Below the pieces are notes generated by a model. It was given only the letters and a program-made list of their open reading frames with translations, was not told the origin of the DNA and searched no databases. 64,000 nucleotides of DNA from Raillietiella orientalis (taxonomy: Eukaryota), in assembly GCA_036172245.1 (NCBI GenBank), contig JAYWIR010000117.1:1-64000 (forward strand). The letters run 5' to 3'. The position numbers were made by a program, and so were the translations under genes. Of the stretch, positions 50,586-59,322 are shown in pieces (within the stretch, counting starts at the first letter, position 1; every line of letters starts with the position of its first letter).

Positions 50586-51191
50586 TGCCACCTGGGTACG
50601 CCGGGACGTTTATTCCAACATTTCAATGGTCAGTACATGACGTGGTACAAGGCTCCACTAACGGCCAACGTTTCGCCGGACCTGCCAGGACGCCGGTACG
50701 CAGACCAGCGTGACTCTCCTCGGCAGTGGAAGGGGAAGGAGGAGAAAACAAAAAAAAAAATAAAACAATAACCGAAAAAAAAAGTTTTTGGAGGGAGGGA
50801 AGGGATCACTGCCCACTGGGAGGAGGGTCCATCCTTTGCAGGATGCCCTCGAGGTCCTCCGTTAGTCTACCCAGCTGGCACCATCCGGTAGCTCTCTGCA
50901 GGAAGCGAACAGCATACGGGATGACTTCCGTTACGATGGAATCTCCATCTTCGGCTTCACTCCAGGCCGCCACAATACCACGGATGCAGCAAAGTGCTGC
51001 CAGGGCTGCGATTGGCTTCAGGGCGTCCCACACGAAGAGAAGACTGTAGACTTTTCTAGGGTTGCCGCCAACCGGTATCCCAAGGGTCGTTCCGAGACGT
51101 TCCCACAGAATCCGGTGGGCAGGGCAGTCAATAATGAGGTGGGGGAGGGACTCCCGCTCCCCACACCTGGCACACTCAGGATTCACTCTTC
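50586..51191 (-). mobile_element. Element C, 3' part: 5'-truncated Tx1-like copy (zinc-binding C-terminus and 3' UTR) inserted in element A
   Basis: ORF 50806-51186 (CARCGERESLPHLIIDC…ALAALCCIRGIVAAWS…LEGILQRM), T-rich tract, structured 3' UTR and AATAAA; flanked by the TSD copy CCTTCTTTCGCCGA at 50572-50585. Confidence 0.88.
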
Positions 51192-51323
51192 CTTTCTTCG
51201 TGTCCCTAGAAGGACACTTCCCCGTGTCGTTCTAGGGAGCGGACGTGGTTTGGCATCGCTCCACGGACTGGTTAGTGGGAAGCTTTTCGTTGGTTGTCTG
51301 GTGTGTGGGAGCACCGGTGTCCC

Positions 51324-53042
51324 ATGGCAGAAATGCCTGAGGACACCGCGATGGAAGCTGGAGGAGGAGAAGCGACACGCTCTCCTCCACCAATGAAAGT
51401 GGGGGCATCCGCCCCCACGGAATCCGGGGCACTTGCCCCATCGGAATCGGGGGCAACCGCCCCTACGCTACCCTCTTCGCCATTGGCGAGGAGTTGGAGT
51501 GACGTCGTTGCTGCACCATCCCCGGATGCAGTAGCGGAGCAGACTGCCTACAAGGACAGCGGCTACAAGCCGTCTCCGATCTATAAGGTAGGCAGTGTGT
51601 TTGATGAAAAAATTGCACGCTCCTTCGAAATGGAGCTGCAAAGGCTGAACGTGAGGGAGGAAGACCTTTTAGGCCTATCCGTCCTTAGTGGGGGCCAGCG
51701 AGTTGAGCTGACATGCAAAGAGGCAAGTCTGGCGCAGCGACTGCTGAACACCCCTATTACGGTGGACGGCCGCAGGATCTTCCCTGTGACGGAGGACCTC
51801 TCCGTCGTGGTCCACCTCACAGGTGTATCACTCCGAATGGACAAAACCAGCGTCCATGAGGAGTTGTCGAAGCATAGTAGTGTGCACGCGTATTGGGCCA
51901 AACCCAATGTCTTCCGAACGTACGGAAGGCTATTCAGTGGGATGGCCGCAGCCCGCGTCACCCTACCAGAGAATGGTGGGCTTCCCCACAAACTGAATAT
52001 CGGCGAAGAAAAAGTCGATGTTTGGTACGTGGGTAAGCCCAAGTATTGTGGCCATTGCGATGCTACAGGGCATCTAAAAAAGCGGTGCCCTAACATCCAA
52101 TGCCACTTATGTGGAAATAAGGGCCACATCCGTAAGGTGTGCCCAAGAAGAGAAATCCCGCCCCCATCCGCTGCAAAAAAGGCAAAGGGGAAACGCACGG
52201 GAGAGACGCATAAACAGAAACAGGCTGTAAACACCCAGATGCCAGTCCCTAAGCCCTCACAGCAAACGTCGGTTGAGAACACTCCCGACGACGCTGGTGA
52301 CGGCGAAGGCTGGCAGACGGTACAGCCACGAAGAAAACCCGGGAGTCCCGAACGAAACGCGGTGAAAACAAAAACGCAGCGCGAAAAACCGTGCCGCGAA
52401 AAGCTCCGCGCGTGTTCGGTAAAATTAGAACGTGTGGAGGCACCCGATGCCGCCGCCGGGGGAGCAATCCCCCCCCTCGCGTCCGCCGAAGCCGCGACGG
52501 TCGATGGTGAACCCTCTGGCGAAACAGAGGGGGAACCGCGCGCCGCGCTCGACGCGATCGAGGAGGCCGCCTTCCAGCAGGCGGTGGAAGAACTCACGGC
52601 TGAACTGCAGGGCCGTGAAAAGAACTCGAGAAAAGCCTTGCGAAGGCCGGCCGCGAGGAAGGCTCCGGAGGCAGGTGAGGCCGATCCGGACGTCGAAAGT
52701 GCGTCCTCTTCAGCGGAGGCGTCACCAAAGAAGACGGGACGGAAGTCTCAGAATCCCAGGAGGCGCATCCGGATCAATAAGGAGGCGAATGAATCGGCCC
52801 CCGAGGGGGAAGCCGGCAGCGTGGGAGGCGAGGGTGGGAATATCTCATTTCCCGACACCGTGCAGCTAGCGACCCCCATGGAGGAGGATGTGCAGGTGGG
52901 TGAACCCCTACTTCCTCTGCAAGGCCCCGACGACGAATCGTCCTCCATGGAGGAGGGAGAAGCGGTGCGCGACGCACCCCCTCCTCCTAGCGTCCCGCCC
53001 GACAAGGTGGCGGGAGCCCCATTGCCAATTTCCCAGGATTAA
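51324..53042 (+). CDS. ORF1 (gag-like nucleic-acid-binding protein) of element B, ~572 aa
   Basis: Uninterrupted ORF; SWSDVVA motif, RRM-like region, WYVGKPKYCGHCDATGHLKKRC and CHLCGNKGHIRKVC zinc knuckles, acidic/low-complexity tail. Confidence 0.9.
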   Translation: MAEMPEDTAMEAGGGEATRSPPPMKVGASAPTESGALAPSESGATAPTLPSSPLARSWSDVVAAPSPDAVAEQTAYKDSGYKPSPIYKVGSVFDEKIARSFEMELQRLNVREEDLLGLSVLSGGQRVELTCKEASLAQRLLNTPITVDGRRIFPVTEDLSVVVHLTGVSLRMDKTSVHEELSKHSSVHAYWAKPNVFRTYGRLFSGMAAARVTLPENGGLPHKLNIGEEKVDVWYVGKPKYCGHCDATGHLKKRCPNIQCHLCGNKGHIRKVCPRREIPPPSAAKKAKGKRTGETHKQKQAVNTQMPVPKPSQQTSVENTPDDAGDGEGWQTVQPRRKPGSPERNAVKTKTQREKPCREKLRACSVKLERVEAPDAAAGGAIPPLASAEAATVDGEPSGETEGEPRAALDAIEEAAFQQAVEELTAELQGREKNSRKALRRPAARKAPEAGEADPDVESASSSAEASPKKTGRKSQNPRRRIRINKEANESAPEGEAGSVGGEGGNISFPDTVQLATPMEEDVQVGEPLLPLQGPDDESSSMEEGEAVRDAPPPPSVPPDKVAGAPLPISQD

Positions 53043-54805
53043 CACCTGGACTCGCCTGTCGCCGTAGGATACGCGTAGCCTGCTGGAACGTCAACGGGCT
53101 GCGCGATGACGGCAACAGGCGGGACACGGCCGACACCCTGCGTGACTTCGACCTGGCACTCCTGCAGGAGATCCACGTGATCACCGCGGAGAACGCCCAG
53201 GAGATCGAAAGGATCGCAGGGGGTCGTCTATTTTGGCAATGCGGCGCTCGCAACACCTGTGGCGTCGCGTTTTTTATGAAGCCAGCAGTCGCTTCCTTCG
53301 TCAAGGACGTACGATTCGACAAGGACAGTCGGGTTGGCCAGCTTATCCTTAGGTGGTCCGACTCGATCGACCTTGTCGTGACTAATGTGTACGCTCCGAG
53401 CGGAGGACGCGGGTACGGGGAACGTTCCCGGTTCCTCGAAACCCTGAAGCGCGACTGGCTGGCGGATACAAACGTACGCAAGGCACATCTGATCGGTGGG
53501 GATTTCCACATCCGCCTGCTCTCAGGTGTGCCTTGTAGGCAAAAAGACGCAACCAACGAGTTGTGCGCCGCTATGCGTACGCGCAACTTGCTGGGGGACC
53601 TACCGGAAATGGCCCAAAGCGTAGACCACGTCTTCCTTGACGCCGACCTGTGCCCACGGGTCGGTAGACGAGGGAAACTTCCGTCGACGCTATCGGACCA
53701 CTTCCGGTTGATAATCGAAATTATGCCACGCGACAAAGGACCACCATCCAGGGCGTGGCGTATGCCAGGGGACTGGACGCGCATCTCCGGTGCGGCGGAA
53801 CATCTCCGTCAGTTCCTGAGAGGCGTCATCCTCCGCAACCTCGAAGATTGGGACCGCATGAAGGTCTCGGTCCGCGAGTTCTGCGAGGATTTCCCTTTGC
53901 ACCGCCTGCCCCGGGGATTTGGAGTTGCCACCCGGGTACGCCCGGGGCGTTTATTAATAAAAAACTCTACAATCGCGGTACCAGGCCCCGCTCACGGCCT
54001 TATGCACGGGACCTACCGGGACGCCGGGACGCAGCCCGGCGTGGCACTCCCCGGCAGCGAAAGGGGATGGGGAAAAACAAAAATGAAAATAAAAACGCAA
54101 ACAAACAAAAGAGGTTGGAGGGCAGGGAAGGGATCACTGTTCGCTGAGAGGAGGGCCCATCCGTTGAAGGAAGCCCTCGAGGTCCATCCGTATATTCCCC
54201 AGTTGGGGCCATCCAGCAGCTCTCCGCAAGAAGCGTTGGGCATATGGGATGACATCCCTCGCGTGTTGACCCACTCCTTCCTTGTTGGTGTCGCTCCATG
54301 CCGCCACGATGCCTCGGACGCAGCACAAGGCTGCAACGGCCTGCGCACCGGCATCTACACCCGCTGCACGCTGCGGAACATGATCGTGTGTCCCGCCAGA
54401 AGCACATGGGCGGAGACGACCCCACTGGCCACGGCGCTACCCTTCCTACGGAGGGCGCTCCAAAATATTCGGAAGCCGAGATGGCAAGTCTCCTGCCGGA
54501 TAGCGGGCAAAAAGAAGGATCTGACTGGGTGGACCATGAGGGAACTGGCTGACGCCGCGACCCCAAGAATTCACCCGCATGGACTACGGAGATGGGGCGA
54601 GCTGCTTGGCATCCCGACGGATGACCTAGAGTGGCCCCCGTCGTTCATTGATTCATCAATCCTCCCCCTAAAGTGGCAGGAAACGGCGCTGTTGTTGTTG
54701 CACTGGGGTCTTCCCTGCAACGCGCGCCGCCACCACTGGACGTGGAGGAACGTGGGACAGACTGTGAAGTGTGCGGGGAGAAGGAATCCCTCCCCCATCT
54801 GTTAG
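52991..54805 (+). CDS. Chimeric ORF2 frame of element B: APE endonuclease + antisense element D + part of the ORF2 C-terminal region
   Basis: Frame is open from the TAG at 52988-52990 to 54805; it overlaps ORF1 by 52 nt in the -1 frame; no YADD/RT motifs. Confidence 0.65.
   Translation, partial: RPARQGGGSPIANFPGLTPGLACRRRIRVACWNVNGLRDDGNRRDTADTLRDFDLALLQEIHVITAENAQEIERIAGGRLFWQCGARNTCGVAFFMKPAVASFVKDVRFDKDSRVGQLILRWSDSIDLVVTNVYAPSGGRGYGERSRFLETLKRDWLADTNVRKAHLIGGDFHIRLLSGVPCRQKDATNELCAAMRTRNLLGDLPEMAQSVDHVFLDADLCPRVGRRGKLPSTLSDHFRLIIEIMPRDKGPPSRAWRMPGDWTRISGAAEHLRQFLRGVILRNLEDWDRMKVSVREFCEDFPLHRLPRGFGVATRVRPGRLLIKNSTIAVPGPAHGLMHGTYRDAGTQPGVALPGSERGWGKTKMKIKTQTNKRGWRAGKGSLFAERRAHPLKEALEVHPYIPQLGPSSSSPQEALGIWDDIPRVLTHSFLVGVAPCRHDASDAAQGCNGLRTGIYTRCTLRNMIVCPARSTWAETTPLATALPFLRRALQNIRKPRWQVSCRIAGKKKDLTGWTMRELADAATPRIHPHGLRRWGELLGIPTDDLEWPPSFIDSSILPLKWQETALLLLHWGLPCNARRHHWTWRNVGQTVKCAGRRNPSPIC
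53925..54342 (-). mobile_element. Element D: short 5'-truncated copy of the B/C family, inverted inside element B
   Basis: ORF 54134-54328 (CCVRGIVAAWS…VIPYAQRFLRRAAGWPQLG…DLEGFLQRM) plus the same 3' UTR and AATAAA; no TSD found; the 5' boundary is approximate. Confidence 0.88.
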
Positions 54806-55199
54806 TGGACTGCGGTGCCCTCCGGCCCTTGTGAGAAAGTTTTGCTACGAACCTTTCAATGCCGGTAGGCAGCACCCCCAGAGACGTTATGAGACTCATT
54901 TTCGTGCGACACGCCCTGACACCAGCCTCAGCCCTGGCAGCGCTCTGCTGCCTCCGAGGGATTGTGGCCGCGTGGAGCGCAGCCAACAGAGGAAGTAGCG
55001 ACAGGGATCCCATCGTACACGAGGGTCGATACCTGCGAATCGCGATCGGCTGGTCCCATCTGGGAGCTATGACGAGGGACCTCGAGGGCATCCTGGAAAG
55101 GATGGTCTCTTCCTCTAGCGGGTTGTAATCCCTTCCCGGCCCCCCAAATAGTTTCTTTTTGTTATTTCATTTATTTTTCTTTTCGTTTTGACCCCCTAC

Positions 55200-55339
55200 C
55201 CCCTCCGCTGCCGAGGAGAGTCAAGCCGGCCTGCGAGCCGGCTTCCTGGCAGGTCCAAAGAACTATTGGCCGTAGCGGGGCCTAGTACCGCAGATGTACT
55301 GTGTTTTTTAATAAACGCCCCGGCGTGACCGGGTGAAAA
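55200..55339 (+). ncRNA. Conserved structured 3' UTR RNA element of the B/C/D family (other copies on the minus strand at ~50586-50735 and ~53925-54065)
   Basis: Manual three-way alignment shows stems kept by compensatory changes around a conserved CTGCG loop, a second hairpin with pseudoknot potential, AATAAA and a terminal CCCGG-loop-CCGGG hairpin. Confidence 0.75.
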
Positions 55340-55477
55340 CTTCTCCGCGTCCAGAGGAAGCGGCACGTGTTGCAGGGTAGACTTCAATGCAGCCACAAAA
55401 TTTCCGACTCTTGCCAATCCAGGGGAAGAATCCTGGATCCTGTCAATACGGGGGCCACTTCAGGTCATCCGCCCGGC
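55340..55477 (-). mobile_element. Element C, 5' part
   Basis: Reverse complement (DDLKWPP…ILPLDWQESEILWLH*SLPCNTCRFLWTRR) is homologous to element B 54618-54750 (DDLEWPP…ILPLKWQETALLLLHWGLPCNARRHHWTWR) and joins to RVNPEC at ~51187; adjacent to the second TSD copy at 55478-55491. Confidence 0.85.
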
Positions 55478-56900
55478 CCTTCTTTCGCCGAGGGTTTTCA
55501 GTCCGCAGGGAAAACCTCATCAGCGGGTGATCGGACAGCAATGTGGGCGCGTCACGAAACCCGTGGATACGGTTCCCTATATCGGAGTTGTAGAGGACGT
55601 GGTCGATTGGCTTGTGGCTAACTGTTAGCCACAGCAGCCTGAACTCGTCGGACAGCCGCCAATACGCCGTCCTGCCTCTGGCGTCTTTAGAATGGATGAT
55701 GTCGTCCAGGATGTTGAAATCTTCCACGATAATCACGATGTCCTTCGGTGCGACCTTTTGTCGGAGTGTTCCGTGGAGCGCTTCCGCACACTGATGCTTT
55801 TCGTGATGAGTGGTCTGTATACGTTCACCAAGAACAGGACCAAGACATTCGTATGCCGATGATTCTTCCAGGCATGGGGCAGTAGATTTCCAAGATAATG
55901 AGCTCGTTCCATATCGAAATTGCCACTCCCATGGTGTTCTTTAGTCCCTCGCTGGCGAACAGTTTTGCGTTCAATCGCCGTTCCATGTCGAGGATGATTT
56001 GTTGCCCCATCACGTGGGTTTCTTGCAGGCACACTATACCTTGATGTGCGATGGTCCGCACAATCCTTTTTCTCTTTGCCTGGTCGGTAAGTCTATTAAC
56101 ATTCCAGGAGGCGATGTTGATCCTCCTGACGGTGTCAAGGCCGAGGCCATAAAGGGGTTTTATTTTTTAGCTTTTCGAAGTTTCTTCTGCCGAGGAGACC
56201 GTTGCCACCCCTGAGCAGAAGGTTTCTCGCTACCAGCATCGCTTTCCGTTTCGGTGAAGTCAGTGAATTCTGCCTCCTCCGTCGGGTTTCCTGCGTCCAC
56301 GATCACTTTGCGTGGTAACCTCTCCAGGCTCACTATCTTACAAAAGTTCGACTTGATGTCGAGAAGCTTGTCTTCCAGCTTCTCACGCTGGGTTTCAGCC
56401 ACCACATTATTTATGTCCTCCTGAACCTTGGAGATGCGTTGTAGGAGTTTCCCCTGCTCCACTCCTCTGGTTCTCGGTTGGACCTCTGCATTCAGCTTTG
56501 CCACTTCCTCGTTGATTTGCAGGGTTTCCTGCGCTTCCGGGACGGGATCGGCTGTTTCCATTTTCTCTTCTGCTTTTTCATCGGGCTTGTCGGAGGCCTG
56601 CTGCTCCTTAGCGAGCATCCTCCTCTTTCCCTTTTTCCTCACTTCGATGAAGTCGTCCTCCGATACTAGGACGACCTCCCTTACTTTTTCCACCCTCTCA
56701 GTGATTTTTTGCGGCTGTTCCGCTTCCTTCTGGGGTCTCTCGTACAGGTGAGAGCCCGCACATGGTACGCCAGTTAGCGTATTCCGGGCAGCTCCACCTC
56801 GCGTCCTCTGAGATCTCAAGGAGCACGATCAGTGGTAGGTGTAATCATTCACCTTGCATTGGAAGTATTAATAGCATGTCGCGAAACTTCTGAGACATTA
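55478..56900 (-). mobile_element. Element A, 5' part: ORF1 remnant and frameshifted APE endonuclease
   Basis: IASWNVN, IVCLQETH, LVNVY, EDFN, IDHVL, LLSDH; ORF 56160-56819 is a charged ORF1 tail; the outer boundary is approximate. Confidence 0.85.
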
Positions 56901-58113
56901 AACATGATGTCGGATGCAAGAATGAAATAAAAGGATTCAATTTTCTACAATTGTGGTAGCATAAGAACTGCCATAATCGAGAATGTCCAGGCACTCAGTT
57001 CTGGCCATTGCAGCAGGAGTGCAAAGTGGAAGAGAGCTAAGTTCTCCTTGAGCATGCTGCAGTTAATGAAAACTGCAAGTTATGAAATTATATTCAATAG
57101 AATGTATGTCTTTAAAAGGAAAATCATTATACGCTATTTCAAGTGCTCCTTTGATAAAACCCATAAAATTATTACAGTGGAGAGAAAAAATAATATGACT
57201 AATGACAATCCAGTTTCATCAGATTATAATCGCTGAATGATGCCGGCAATAGTATTTTGGATTCCTATTTCTCTGGATTTTCTCTTAGTGGATTTATTTA
57301 TTTTTAAAATTTTTGTTACGAATGCACATAAACGTAATGAAACCAAGGTTTCGTTCTGATTTTGATTCTGGACGAGGAACATTTCTCAACATGATTAGCA
57401 ATAAGACTTAACGATTCCATAATAATAGGGTAATAGATACTTTTAATTTCATTTCGAAAGTATGTACTCATCACATGATGTGTCAATATTGTGTGTCAAT
57501 ATTATGTGTCATTATTGCAATTACTGCATCTTAATTGGCAAACGGTGGAATTGGAGTTATTCACTCTAATTGGGAAACAAATATCAATTAGAATAGATGC
57601 TAAAGCCGAAAATAAGTGATGAATAGAAACATCTACAACAGAAATGAGGTAAAATATCCATTTAGAAGGTGAGACAAACTAAGTAACTTGGTCATGTTTT
57701 AATCTATCGGGAAAAAATCTTTTGAAATAACAATAATTTAGAATACTATCATGATTTATTCGAAATCATAAGAAAGCATGTTGAGAAGATTAGTTTATAA
57801 AAAAAAGACGTCATGAATTAGTGACACCTAAATAAAAAAAAAAACAAAAAAAATAGGAGCAAAAAAAGATGAAATACTCTTTCCCAATTATTATCAAAGA
57901 ATGAAGGTTTTTGTTTACTCACTAAAGAATTACATTTCTGAAACAATGTTGTCTATTTCCATGTTGTCTATTCGTATTGTACATGGCTCATAGAATTTCG
58001 ATTGCCGTTCTTCGATAAAACCCATGCCATTCTCTCGAAATTGGTAATTCTGTTGATCATATGTCAAAGGGATCCGAATTGTATCTTAACATCATAGTAA
58101 GAAACATTTTGGC

Positions 58114-59312
58114 ATGCAGGACGACATTGATTTGGGATTCTTCGAAAGAACTGATTTCTGGAAATTAACTAGTAAATATTTTCCTAGCAAAGCTGGTGGA
58201 TATCCTTCATGGCTTGAATTGAGAAACATACCTTCTTCTGCTTCTTTGGCCTGCAAGCATTGTGGTATAGTTTGCACATTTCTTTGTCAAGTATATGCAC
58301 CGATTGAAGAAGAAGAATCCTGTTTTCATAGAACAATTTTCCTGTTTGTTTGTCGTTCCATGGCATGCATTTCTAAAAACCAATGTAACGTAGTTGCATT
58401 CAGGTCTCAAATGTCTAGATATAATGAAGTGTACGATGGTGAACCTTCAAAGGAATCAAAAGGGATGTCTTTTCATCCTTTAGCTTCCCATTTCGTATCC
58501 ATATGTTGGGCATGTGGTGCTTCAGGTAACATGACATGCACGAAGTGCAGTCTTGCAAAATATTGTTGCAAAATGCATCAGCAAGCTCACTGGATACAGC
58601 ATAAAAAACACTGTGGTAAACCTGAACAGCCCTCATCTTTTTCCGGTAGTCTTAAAGTCTGAAAAGTGGCCGAAATGCAATGGGTATTTCCAGATATGTA
58701 CGCTTTAGAAGGCTGTAACAGTTCCATGCTCTTCCCTGAATTTGAAATAGTTATTGGATCCGAAGATGATGACACAGTGGAAAAGAAACCTTCAGATCTG
58801 GAGTCTGTTGGTTGCCTAGATGCATTTTCCAATTCTTTCCAACCAGTGTTGCAAGGCAAGTCACTGAATTAATCCAAATCAATATGAATATACTTATTAT
58901 AGATGTGTCTGATGAGGAATTTACAGCTATGACAAATAATTTATGTGCACAAACCGATAAAGCGTTTATGAAATTCAAGAAAGTAACTGGCAAAATACCA
59001 TCACAAGTATTGCGTTACTGTCGTGGAGGACAACCTCTCTGGATTTCATCCAAGCAAATACTGCTTGAAAAAGACATACCTCCTTGTTCTTGTGGCTCCT
59101 CAAGACAGTTTGAATTCCAGGTAAATAAGCCTCTGTCACTCTAATATCACTGCTTGTTTTAGGTATTGCCTCAGTTCCTTAATGATATGAAGGTGGATAA
59201 TTTGGGATCTAGTTTGGATTGGGGTACGTTAGTTGTATATACCTGTATGGCTAGTTGCAGCACTAATCATTCATATAAAGAAGAGTTTGTTTGGTGTCAA
59301 AAAATAGAATAA
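58114..59312 (+). CDS. PDCD2: Programmed cell death protein 2 (zf-MYND + PDCD2_C), ~353 aa; exons 58114-58645, 58694-58855, 58903-59120, 59163-59312
   Basis: FPSKAGGYPSWL, FLCQVYAP, FHRTIFLFVC, MYND finger CWACG…CTKC…YCCKMHQQAHW..HKKHC, QVLRY, RQFEFQVLPQ, LDWGTLVVYTC; introns of 42-48 bp are phase-compatible. Confidence 0.95.
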
Positions 59313-59322
59313 TGCAATTAAC

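Larger units (their letters stand above)
51192..55339 (+). mobile_element. Element B: Tx1-like non-LTR retrotransposon with 5' UTR, intact ORF1, APE endonuclease, no RT domain, C-terminus and 3' UTR; inserted in element C
   Basis: ORF1 with two CCHC knuckles; EN motifs WNVNG, LLQE, NVYAP, GGDF, VDHV, LSDH; C-terminal CEVCGEKESLPHLLVDC (frameshifted) and LCCLRGIVAAWS; element C sequence resumes on both sides, with CTTC at 51188-51191 and 55340-55343. Confidence 0.9.

Noticed and set aside
51217..51228. CTTCCCCGTGTC as a degenerate 12-bp TSD matching CTTCTCCGCGTC at 55340
   Set aside because: Protein alignment of C against B favours the junction at 51188-51191, and this segment forms part of B's 5' hairpin; not fully excluded.
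49979..52597. Long antisense ORFs 49979-50713 and 51581-52597
   Set aside because: Reverse-strand shadows of retrotransposon ORFs.
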